Source: a virus
Virus record (IMG/VR): IMGVR_UViG_3300036816_000012
Span: 1-55,345 of that record
Length of the DNA: 55,345 nt
Reading direction: 5' to 3' (one strand)
Shown: positions 8,650-15,519 of the stretch, piece by piece
How positions within the stretch are numbered: the first letter of the stretch is position 1
Layout: each line of letters opens with the position of its first letter
Program-made: the position numbers and the translations under genes
Notes under the pieces: generated by a model
What the model saw: the letters and a program-made list of their open reading frames with translations, nothing else
Database searches by the model: none
What the model was told of the DNA's origin: nothing

Positions 8650-9015
8650 TTATCTACTCAATTTATACAGACAGTATTGATTCAGTGAAACACTCTCGGC
8701 AGCGGCCCGCTCCACCAATTGCCGGTGCAGACTCCGTGGTACGCGCAAATTGAATTTACCGCTGTACTCATCGTCACCGATCGGCTCAGGAATGACGTCT
8801 CCATATTCTAACTTTACCGCCAGGTGTCCCTCCATAGCTTCCCGAACACTCTCGTATGCTTCAGCAAAGGTATCTCCGTTGCTTTGGCACCCATCTAATT
8901 CCGCAACAGTTGCGAAGAAATAGTCACCGCTCTCGTCTTTAACGGGTCTGATCTGTATCGTATACGGGAGGGCCATGTAATACGCTAAATCCTTATTTTG
9001 GCTATGATTTGCCAT
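8650..9015 (-). CDS. hicB: HicB-family antitoxin (N-terminal HicB fold plus C-terminal RHH)
   Basis: It carries 'YFFATVAELDGCQSNGDTFAEAYESVREAMEGHL' and a C-terminal 'FNLRVPRSLHRQLVERAAAESVSLNQY', and lies downstream of hicA. Confidence 0.85.
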   Translation of the reverse strand: MANHSQNKDLAYYMALPYTIQIRPVKDESGDYFFATVAELDGCQSNGDTFAEAYESVREAMEGHLAVKLEYGDVIPEPIGDDEYSGKFNLRVPRSLHRQLVERAAAESVSLNQYCLYKLSR

Positions 9016-9060
9016 TATTATTCGGCTAGGATATCATGTGGATTAAGGAAAGGGGAGGTG

Positions 9061-9285
9061 CTACTCCCCGATCCGGTCCAGTACGTCTTTGACGTATGCC
9101 GCCTTTAGTGGTTGTTCCTTTTTGATGGTTATCAAGTCTCCTGCTTGGTTTCGGAAATGGAAGTGCGAACCGTTGCTTCTCACTAATTCATAACCGTGAT
9201 GCCGGAGTACCTTGGCAACTTCATCATATTGGATTCCACTGGGGCGGTCTTTCATTTTTTGGACCAATTTTTCTATCCTAGCCAT
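9061..9285 (-). CDS. hicA: HicA-family mRNA-interferase toxin
   Basis: The 74-aa product contains 'VLRHHGYELVRSNGSHFHFRN'. RBS AGGAGGTGAGAC precedes the ATG. Confidence 0.85.
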   Translation of the reverse strand: MARIEKLVQKMKDRPSGIQYDEVAKVLRHHGYELVRSNGSHFHFRNQAGDLITIKKEQPLKAAYVKDVLDRIGE

Positions 9286-9298
9286 GTCTCACCTCCTA

Positions 9299-9322
9299 CA
9301 TATATAGTACCATATATAGTAC
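9299..9322. repeat. Perfect 12-bp tandem direct repeat catatatagtac x2, immediately upstream of the hicA RBS
   Basis: Read directly from the sequence. It is a candidate HicB operator and/or -10 region. Confidence 0.8.
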
Positions 9323-9447
9323 TAATGAACAAGGTGCTTATTTGTCCGAGTTAATATAGCTTTAAATCGGTACTTGCATTACCCGATCTAGTCGTATTAA
9401 AATAATTTGGTAGGTTCCCGAGGAGCTACCCAAGAAGGGTTAACTTA

Positions 9448-9555
9448 ATGAAGCAACATCGTTCAAAGAGAAGTTTTATGGAGTGGGCTTGGATAAAATT
9501 GGTTACTGTGCTATCGTTTAAAGTGATTTTGGAGGTTTTAGAGTTATTTAATTAA
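9448..9555 (+). CDS. Possible small peptide (35 aa, MKQHRSKRSFMEWAWIKLVTVLSFKVILEVLELFN)
   Basis: It is the only ORF in a 470-bp intergenic gap. The SD is weak (gaaggg, 8 nt upstream) and a strong hairpin lies downstream. Confidence 0.25.
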   Translation: MKQHRSKRSFMEWAWIKLVTVLSFKVILEVLELFN

Positions 9556-9604
9556 GCCAACAATTAACCAAAGCTACCTACAAATAACTATGGGATTTTA
9601 TTTG

Positions 9605-9632
9605 GGACACTGATTTTTTATAATCAGTGTCC
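9605..9632. other. Perfect 11-bp stem hairpin ggacactgatt/aatcagtgtcc
   Basis: Read directly. The loop is 6 nt and there is no clean T-run on either side. Confidence 0.7.
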
Positions 9633-9710
9633 ACAGGTGCAATATAAAATAAATTTGATTTTTGATTTATGTTGCTTTTGTCTCAAAGAACCATGATCTT
9701 AGAAGAACCA

Positions 9711-9751
9711 AAAAGAGCAGTGAGGAATTTTTAGACCTCACTGCTCTTTTT
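9711..9751. terminator. Bidirectional rho-independent terminator
   Basis: A perfect 12-bp stem agagcagtgagg/cctcactgctct is flanked by A4 and T5 runs. It lies 5 nt downstream of the minus-strand SRAP gene. Confidence 0.8.
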
Positions 9752-9755
9752 CTGT

Positions 9756-10427
9756 TTAACCTACTTCATTAATTAAACCCTCATTGTTATTCCGTACATT
9801 GCCGACTTCCTTCGGCACTTCGTATGCTCTCATTTCAGAAGCCTGATACGGCTTAAGCAGACTGAGTAAAGACTGAACATCATCATTATCTTTTCCTAGC
9901 CATTCTGCCTCATCTTCAGGCCGTAAAATAACCGGCATACGATTGTGGATGTCTTCCATCAGACTATTTGGTTCAGTTGTAATGATAGTACATGTGCTCA
10001 GCTTGTTTCCGTCGGGATCTGTCCAGGTATCATATAGGCCAGCCAATGAAAATATGCTGTCGTCCTTCATCAGAATTCGCATAGGTCGCTTAGCAGTTCC
10101 TTCTTTCTTCCATTCGTAAAATCCATTCGTCGGGATAATACAACGTTTGGAGCTGATCAGGCGTTTAAAAGCTGGCTTCTCTGCTAGTGTCTCGGCCCTG
10201 GCGTTAATCATCTTATTTCCGATCTTGTCATCCTTGGCCCACACAGGCACCAGACCCCATCGGAGTGAGCCCAATCGATTACCGTCTTTACTACCAATAA
10301 TTGTGGGAATAAACTGCATGGGTGCTGCATTGTAATTAGGTTTGTACTCAAATCCGTCTGCAATAGATGCATAGTACCTGTCCATTATAGCCTCTATAGG
10401 GTCAGTGATCGTAAATCTACCACACAT
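9756..10427 (-). CDS. SOS-response-associated peptidase (SRAP/YedK/YoqW family)
   Basis: The true start ATG is 8 nt after AGGAGG and gives 'MCGRFT', with the catalytic Cys2. The track start is a GTG inside the RBS. Confidence 0.85.
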   Translation of the reverse strand: MCGRFTITDPIEAIMDRYYASIADGFEYKPNYNAAPMQFIPTIIGSKDGNRLGSLRWGLVPVWAKDDKIGNKMINARAETLAEKPAFKRLISSKRCIIPTNGFYEWKKEGTAKRPMRILMKDDSIFSLAGLYDTWTDPDGNKLSTCTIITTEPNSLMEDIHNRMPVILRPEDEAEWLGKDNDDVQSLLSLLKPYQASEMRAYEVPKEVGNVRNNNEGLINEVG

Positions 10428-10463
10428 ACAAAGCACCTCCTGTATTGTCTTTACAATATATAA

Positions 10464-11321
10464 TCACACGATAAATTGATCAAACACGGGTATACGTAGT
10501 AAGCCGGATTTGGTCCAGTTCCGCATCTTGACCCTGGCTTGTATCTTCGGTTCCAGGTACACATAATCATTATCTTGGCCTGTTACGAGTTGCTGGCATA
10601 CACCGCGGAATGCCTGCTTATGCTTTTGATTTGGGCCATGCTCAATTATTCCTGCTGGTCGAAGCCTGCCGGACAGATCGGGCACAGCAGCAAGCCATCC
10701 GAATTCAGTTTTTCGATACCCAGTGATATAAACATCGGCGTATGACCAGTTAATGACCTTCATCCAGTCTCGGGAACGTCTGCTAACGTACTGGCTGTCC
10801 TTACGCTTGCCGACTACACCCTCCATACCCATAGCCTCTATCTGAGCGTATAGGTCCTCTCCTGCGCCTTCTATATGGGGCACAACTCCAAAGTTAGAGG
10901 AAGGAAGAGATAGACTGTGTAGGATCATCTTGCGTTCCATAAGAGGTAGCTTACGGAGATCCTGTCCTTTGTACTGCAGAATATCGAATATGGCGAACGT
11001 GGCTGGCAATGTCTTGGTGAGCTGCTGAACCTTTGAGTGTTGCCGAGTGCTGAACCGGCTCATGACTGCCTCAAAGTCATTCAATCCTGTCAGTGGATCG
11101 GTGCAAGCGACCTCTCCGTCAAGAATGATGTCAGAGCCAAAGGGAAGCGACAATTCAGGGTACTGTTGGGTACAATCGTTATTGTGACGTGTATATAACC
11201 GGATTTCTCCAGCTTGTTGCGAATATATCAACCGGTGTCCGTCAACTTTCGGTTCGAAAATGTAATCCGAATGTGAGAAGGGAACTGGCGATGTCTCAAG
11301 TAACATTGGGGATATAAACAT
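10464..11321 (-). CDS. ATP-dependent DNA ligase (LigB/LigD-ligase-domain-like)
   Basis: It carries the KxDG adenylation motif 'EPKVDGHRL'. The start ATG is 7 nt after GAGGTG ('MFISPMLLE'). Confidence 0.8.
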   Translation of the reverse strand: MFISPMLLETSPVPFSHSDYIFEPKVDGHRLIYSQQAGEIRLYTRHNNDCTQQYPELSLPFGSDIILDGEVACTDPLTGLNDFEAVMSRFSTRQHSKVQQLTKTLPATFAIFDILQYKGQDLRKLPLMERKMILHSLSLPSSNFGVVPHIEGAGEDLYAQIEAMGMEGVVGKRKDSQYVSRRSRDWMKVINWSYADVYITGYRKTEFGWLAAVPDLSGRLRPAGIIEHGPNQKHKQAFRGVCQQLVTGQDNDYVYLEPKIQARVKMRNWTKSGLLRIPVFDQFIV

Positions 11322-11384
11322 AAAAAAACACCTCAACCCAATTATAGCGTTTTGCCATAAAGGATTGAGGCGGTAAGTTATGGG

Positions 11385-11663
11385 TTATTGATTTTCTTTC
11401 CCGTTGATGTAGGCGGATTTGATAATACTCATGCAACTATCAATCGTACATGGATCAGATCCAGAAAGCCACGCAACTGTATCTAGTTCTTCTTTTGTTA
11501 ATTCACGACCAATACAATCTTGGGTTGATCCAAGGAAGCGTTTATACTGCTCAAGCTGCCATTCTTCCATCAGTAACCCATCTGGCCTATAAGGCCTTGC
11601 TAGATCAACTACAAGCCACTCAGCACGACCGCGACTATTTATGCCTTTATATTGTAAGTCCAT
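11385..11663 (-). CDS. Hypothetical protein (92 aa)
   Basis: It is packed in the minus-strand operon. Confidence 0.55.
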   Translation of the reverse strand: MDLQYKGINSRGRAEWLVVDLARPYRPDGLLMEEWQLEQYKRFLGSTQDCIGRELTKEELDTVAWLSGSDPCTIDSCMSIIKSAYINGKENQ

Positions 11664-11667
11664 TCAA

Positions 11668-12123
11668 TCACTCTCCTTGTTCAAAAATAAATTCCACCAA
11701 CGTACCATCCGGGTAATCCTCTAACTGATTTCCTACCCAGCTGCCAGCGCCTCTGTTATCCGATGGACTTATGTATTCGATATCTGCTCCTTCTCCGCCT
11801 TCAGCACACATTGCCATAGGCCATTCATCACGATCATAGCCCTTCTTCGTGTCTATGCCTCTCAGTGACTCTTTGCGGTTCTCCTCTGCTCCTTCACGGT
11901 CAATGGTACATGTAGCGGGATGACCACTATCTACGGCGTCCTGGATGTGTTTGGCTGTCTCTGGATAGCGATCAGCAGGAAAGATAAGTTGTACAGTTGA
12001 TTTTTCCTGTTGTGTTACAGGTGCTATTTCTTTTGGTGAGTCTCCTGAATCCTGTTCATTCCAACTTAGAATCGATACAGCAATTATTATGGCTAATGCT
12101 AATGGTACAATGAGCTTTTTCAT
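11668..12123 (-). CDS. Secreted NucA/NucB-type DNase
   Basis: The ATG after GGGAGG gives an N-terminal signal/anchor 'MKKLIVPLALAIIIAVSIL'. It also carries 'DRYPETAKHIQDAV' and 'YDRDEWPMAMCAEGG'. Confidence 0.75.
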   Translation of the reverse strand: MKKLIVPLALAIIIAVSILSWNEQDSGDSPKEIAPVTQQEKSTVQLIFPADRYPETAKHIQDAVDSGHPATCTIDREGAEENRKESLRGIDTKKGYDRDEWPMAMCAEGGEGADIEYISPSDNRGAGSWVGNQLEDYPDGTLVEFIFEQGE

Positions 12124-12141
12124 TCTACAACCTCCCAATTA

Positions 12142-12426
12142 TCACTTCGGCAATTCCTTAAAATACTCCTTCACCTGACGCTCTAGAAGGATGTATTCAC
12201 GCTTAATACGCCAGTTCCTTACAATATATCGTTTCTCCTGTGTGACCACAGCAGGGGTGGTTACCCAGGCTGTACAACGGTCGTCTACATTGAACCCATA
12301 CTTTTCAAACGCCTTTATACATATTAATCGGATAGACTCAGGGTTTTGCTTACCTGTACCAGCACATTGGTAACATACATAACCAGAGGAGTAGCGGCCG
12401 GAGCCGCCACAGCGTTCACAGTTCAT
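12142..12426 (-). CDS. DnaJ-type zinc-finger protein (94 aa)
   Basis: It has two CxxCxGxG motifs: 'CERCGGSG' and 'CYQCAGTG'. Confidence 0.6.
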   Translation of the reverse strand: MNCERCGGSGRYSSGYVCYQCAGTGKQNPESIRLICIKAFEKYGFNVDDRCTAWVTTPAVVTQEKRYIVRNWRIKREYILLERQVKEYFKELPK

Positions 12427-12674
12427 CGTGTATCACCATATGTAACTTTGCCGGTGATCTGTAGCTCCTCCAGCCGAGCGCAAGTCTCATGCTGCCACTG
12501 GGTATCATCCGTCATCGATGCTAACATGGATTCATTTTGCAACCTAGCTAATTGCCAACAGTGCTTTGCGTTAAGTTCCAAACATTGATTCATCTCGGTC
12601 AATTCATCCTCATTAAGCAAACGCTTCTTTGCAATGGACCATAACTCAGCCATACGTGCATGATAAGGGAACAT
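12423..12674 (-). CDS. Hypothetical protein (83 aa), first gene of the minus-strand block
   Basis: RBS aaggaggcggttgaaATG; ATGA overlap with the next gene. Confidence 0.6.
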   Translation of the reverse strand: MFPYHARMAELWSIAKKRLLNEDELTEMNQCLELNAKHCWQLARLQNESMLASMTDDTQWQHETCARLEELQITGKVTYGDTR

Positions 12675-12713
12675 TTCAACCGCCTCCTTGATCTTATAAG
12701 CCTATTTTAAAAG

Positions 12714-12775
12714 CTTTAAAATGCTGTGTAAATATCTAAATCGAATGTTGTTAAATATTTTTAAATGCTGTAGAA
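12714..12775. promoter_or_regulatory. Divergent promoter region with direct repeat ttaaa(a)tgctgt x2
   Basis: The repeat copies are ctttaaaatgctgtgta (12714-12730) and ttttaaatgctgtagaa (12759-12775), between divergent operons. Confidence 0.45.
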
Positions 12776-12798
12776 TTGGTGGACAAGGAGTTGATGTT

Positions 12799-12960
12799 AT
12801 GGTAGGCAGACCACCGAAGAAGGAAAAGAAGGTACGGGAGGCGATTTACTTCGAACCTGAGTTAATTGAATGGTTGCGTGAGGAAGCAGAAAAACAGAAA
12901 TGTACAGTAAGCGTGGTTGTGAACCAAATCGTGGATGCGAAGAAGAGCAGCGAAGAATAA
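12799..12960 (+). CDS. Small ribbon-helix-helix (CopG-like) DNA-binding protein (53 aa)
   Basis: ATG lies 8 nt after AAGGAG. 'KVREAIYFEPELIEWLREEAEKQKCTVSVVVNQIV' fits an RHH pattern. Confidence 0.55.
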   Translation: MVGRPPKKEKKVREAIYFEPELIEWLREEAEKQKCTVSVVVNQIVDAKKSSEE

Positions 12961-13100
12961 TTGTACATAGAATGGGGTAAGATATTATTACTCTCTCTCC
13001 CATGAGATTTTCCATAAATGTACCTGGTCATTGCGACTGGGTATTTTTGTTGTTGATAAAAGAACGTACGTTCGCATATAATAAACACGAGGTGATTTAC

Positions 13101-13385
13101 ATGTTAACGGATTATCAACGAAAGGTCCTACGGATCTTGTACAACTACAAAGGTGGGCGGCGTAGGTTTCCTACAATCCACGAACTAACGGTTAAAACAG
13201 GCAAGCATAAACCGGATGTCATGGCTGCTCTGGACGCTCTTGTGGCTGCTGAATACATACATTGGGATGATAAGTCGGACACTGCCAACATCGTCATTTT
13301 AGAAGGCTGGGAGCGTGAAGGTGAACGACCTAAGGTTGACCGCACACCACCGTCTGGAAACATCGACTATTGGACTGAATATTAA
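13101..13385 (+). CDS. Winged-helix DNA-binding protein (94 aa)
   Basis: ATG follows GAGGTG. 'YQRKVLRILYNY...FPTIHELTVKTGKHKPDVMAALDALVAAEYI' is LexA-N/MarR-like. Confidence 0.5.
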   Translation: MLTDYQRKVLRILYNYKGGRRRFPTIHELTVKTGKHKPDVMAALDALVAAEYIHWDDKSDTANIVILEGWEREGERPKVDRTPPSGNIDYWTEY

Positions 13386-13398
13386 GGAGGCGTTTATC

Positions 13399-13731
13399 AT
13401 GCGTAGTAGACTTGAGGGAAACGGATTGTACGAATCGTCCAGAATGATTATGCCGGAGCACAGAGAGGCTTGGTTAGCTCAATGTGAGCAGCAGGAGAGA
13501 CGGGGAAAGCCAGTATTAGACGAGCAAGAGTATCAGCGAATTGGGGAAGTGCTGACCGACTCTTATAATAGAAGTAGTACGATTGATTTGGTATTATTTA
13601 ACCCTTTCTATGACGAACCGTTGTCGGGTGTGGTCGTAGGTTTAAATTCATCACGGCGTGAAGTCAAGTTGATGTTAGATGAAGAATTCCGTTGGATCTC
13701 TTTAGCTGAAATTATCTCTGTAAATGAGTGA
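13399..13731 (+). CDS. YolD-like protein
   Basis: ATG follows TAAGGAGG. 'MIMPEHREAW...' with a C-terminal beta-rich half resembles the YolD/YqjX family. Confidence 0.6.
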   Translation: MRSRLEGNGLYESSRMIMPEHREAWLAQCEQQERRGKPVLDEQEYQRIGEVLTDSYNRSSTIDLVLFNPFYDEPLSGVVVGLNSSRREVKLMLDEEFRWISLAEIISVNE

Positions 13732-13797
13732 ATTTGTATGAATTTGGCTATGGAATTGCCAACTAATCATCTATAATATTGGTATACGATATTATAG
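13729..13797 (+). promoter_or_regulatory. Activator-type promoter candidate for the agr-like cassette
   Basis: TGAATTTG occurs at 13729 and 13739, and TGGAATTG at 13751. TATAAT lies at 13772-13777 with no good -35 hexamer. A 9-bp inverted repeat ctataatat/atattatag spans 13771-13797. Confidence 0.45.
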
Positions 13798-13812
13798 GAT
13801 GGTGCGCGTGGG

Positions 13813-14442
13813 ATGCTTGAATCAATCGGATTCATGTTTTTTTCTACATTAGAGACATTTTCTTGGTACTTATTAAGTATGTCATTGTTTCGTTATAAGC
13901 CTTATGAGCACACTTGGTCAGCTCTCTTTGTGATTTTGCTTATGAACCTTCAAAGTTTCGTTTTAAGAAATGAATTATCAATGTCTTCATATGCACCATT
14001 GATAAGTATGTTGATATTCATATTTTTCTATGCGGTTGTGGTGAAGATTCCCCTGATTGGATCTCTCATTATAACGTTGGCTGGGTTCGCGGGATTTGGT
14101 TTAGTGCAAGCCGGTCTAGTTTTTGTTTTATTTGGTTCAATTGAAGCAGCTCAATCTTCTCTAAGCAATGGTTACGCTCTTCAGACGGCCACAGCTATAG
14201 TTGTTTTCATATTGGCTAGAGTCCCATACAGGTTTGGATATGGCATACCGCTGGAGTTTGAAAAGCTAAAATTTAAATTTGAAGAAATTTTAACAAGTGT
14301 ACTAATGATCATATTCTTATGTGTGATCTCAGGAGTCCTTTACTACAATAATTTGTGGATACTTATATTTTTGTTTGCTTGCACATTAGGATACTTACTT
14401 TACTTCTCAGCTAAAAAAGATCGGAGTACATGGAATGATTGA
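13813..14442 (+). CDS. Polytopic membrane protein (209 aa, ~6 TM), AgrC-sensor-like or LytTR-system membrane inhibitor; no kinase domain
   Basis: The protein is entirely hydrophobic helices. It is translationally coupled to agrB through the overlap ATGATTGA. Confidence 0.65.
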   Translation: MLESIGFMFFSTLETFSWYLLSMSLFRYKPYEHTWSALFVILLMNLQSFVLRNELSMSSYAPLISMLIFIFFYAVVVKIPLIGSLIITLAGFAGFGLVQAGLVFVLFGSIEAAQSSLSNGYALQTATAIVVFILARVPYRFGYGIPLEFEKLKFKFEEILTSVLMIIFLCVISGVLYYNNLWILIFLFACTLGYLLYFSAKKDRSTWND

Positions 14443-14959
14443 GAATATCTCACAACGTCTCGCTATTGGGTTGAAGAAACGTGTACCTGATCACCCTTCA
14501 TCGGCAGATATATTTCGGTTTACGATTGCTGCAATAATAAATACCGTAGCTATAATTCTCTTAACCTTACTTATTTCGTTTTTCACAAATAAGACAAATG
14601 AAATTATTATAATACTCATTTCATTTGCCGTTCTCAGAATAGTGTCTGGTGGTATACACTTAAAGTCAGGAGATAAATGTGTACTAGCAACAACAGCACT
14701 TTTCACAGGTATCTCTTTTGTGAGTATAACGTATGAATACATTTTACTATTAAATATACTGAGTCTATTGCTGGCCTTTTTATACGCTCCATCAAGGATT
14801 GAAAATCAATCTAAAATTGACCCAAAACACTATCCGAAGTTAAAGGTAGTGTCGATAATAATAATAGCAACAAACTTTTTGTTTATGTCGTCAGTACTTG
14901 CAGCAGTATTTTTTGTACAATGTCTAACTTTGATTAAGATGAAAGGGGTGAAAAAATGA
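14435..14959 (+). CDS. agrB: AgrB-family AIP-processing membrane peptidase
   Basis: 'RIVSGGIHLKSGDKC' has His and Cys 7 residues apart, as in S. aureus AgrB H77/C84. It also has a 'LYAPS...K' motif and multiple TM helices. Confidence 0.8.
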   Translation: MIENISQRLAIGLKKRVPDHPSSADIFRFTIAAIINTVAIILLTLLISFFTNKTNEIIIILISFAVLRIVSGGIHLKSGDKCVLATTALFTGISFVSITYEYILLLNILSLLLAFLYAPSRIENQSKIDPKHYPKLKVVSIIIIATNFLFMSSVLAAVFFVQCLTLIKMKGVKK

Positions 14960-15084
14960 AAACGAGTTATTTGTACAGTATAGCAACTGGATTGACTACA
15001 ATTGCTGGGTTAATTGTTTCTGCTGCGAGTGTGCTTTTTATTTACCAAGGCGATACACCAAAAGAATTGTTGGAGAAAAAGTAA
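14956..15084 (+). CDS. agrD: AgrD-like autoinducing-peptide precursor (42 aa)
   Basis: The product is MKTSYLYSIATGLTTIAGLIVSAASVLFIYQGDTPKELLEKK. It has a hydrophobic N-helix and a charged C-tail with PKEL. It makes an ATGA overlap with agrB and is preceded by RBS GGGGTG. Confidence 0.7.
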   Translation: MKTSYLYSIATGLTTIAGLIVSAASVLFIYQGDTPKELLEKK

Positions 15085-15102
15085 ATGTAATGAGGTGATC
15101 AT

Positions 15103-15519
15103 GTGTATGAACTAGAATACCTGGCCGTATCTAAAGAGAGGGATGGGGAAACAGGTGGTATGAATGTACCCGTTAAGAATGTAACCCACCTAGAAGCAGA
15201 TACATACATGGTAATTGTCCATACTGCAAAAGATCAATACTATCTAATGGGAACAATGGTTTACTGGGTAAAGACGTTAAACGCCAGTGGATACAATTTC
15301 AGAAATGCTGACCGTAGTAGTATTATTAATGTAGATAATATCGCGTCAGTCGACATGAGTTTTAAAGTGGCATACTTCGAAGATGATATAAACAAACATT
15401 CTAAGAAGTGTACTTTAACCGTGGATAGATTGAATAAGATTATAGATGAATTCCCGCAGTTGGCATATAAGTGTAATTCGAGGATGCTGCTTAAAAGAAT
15501 GTTACGTTTCAACAGATAG
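15103..15519 (+). CDS. Stand-alone LytTR-domain DNA-binding protein (138 aa, no receiver domain)
   Basis: The GTG start follows GAGGTG. 'VTHLEADTYMVIVHTAKDQYYLMGTM...GYNFRNADRSSIINVDNIASVD' matches the LytTR pattern. Confidence 0.7.
   Translation: MYELEYLAVSKERDGETGGMNVPVKNVTHLEADTYMVIVHTAKDQYYLMGTMVYWVKTLNASGYNFRNADRSSIINVDNIASVDMSFKVAYFEDDINKHSKKCTLTVDRLNKIIDEFPQLAYKCNSRMLLKRMLRFNR

Noticed and set aside
8550-8753. 67-aa plus-strand ORF
   Set aside because: It spans the convergent terminator and runs antisense into hicB. No RBS is present.
12721-13100. Longer ORF-track starts for the RHH (12721) and wHTH (13002) genes
   Set aside because: The upstream extensions lack an SD and translate to Cys/Leu-rich low-quality sequence. 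Internal ATGs at 12799 and 13101 each follow a good SD at 8-9 nt.
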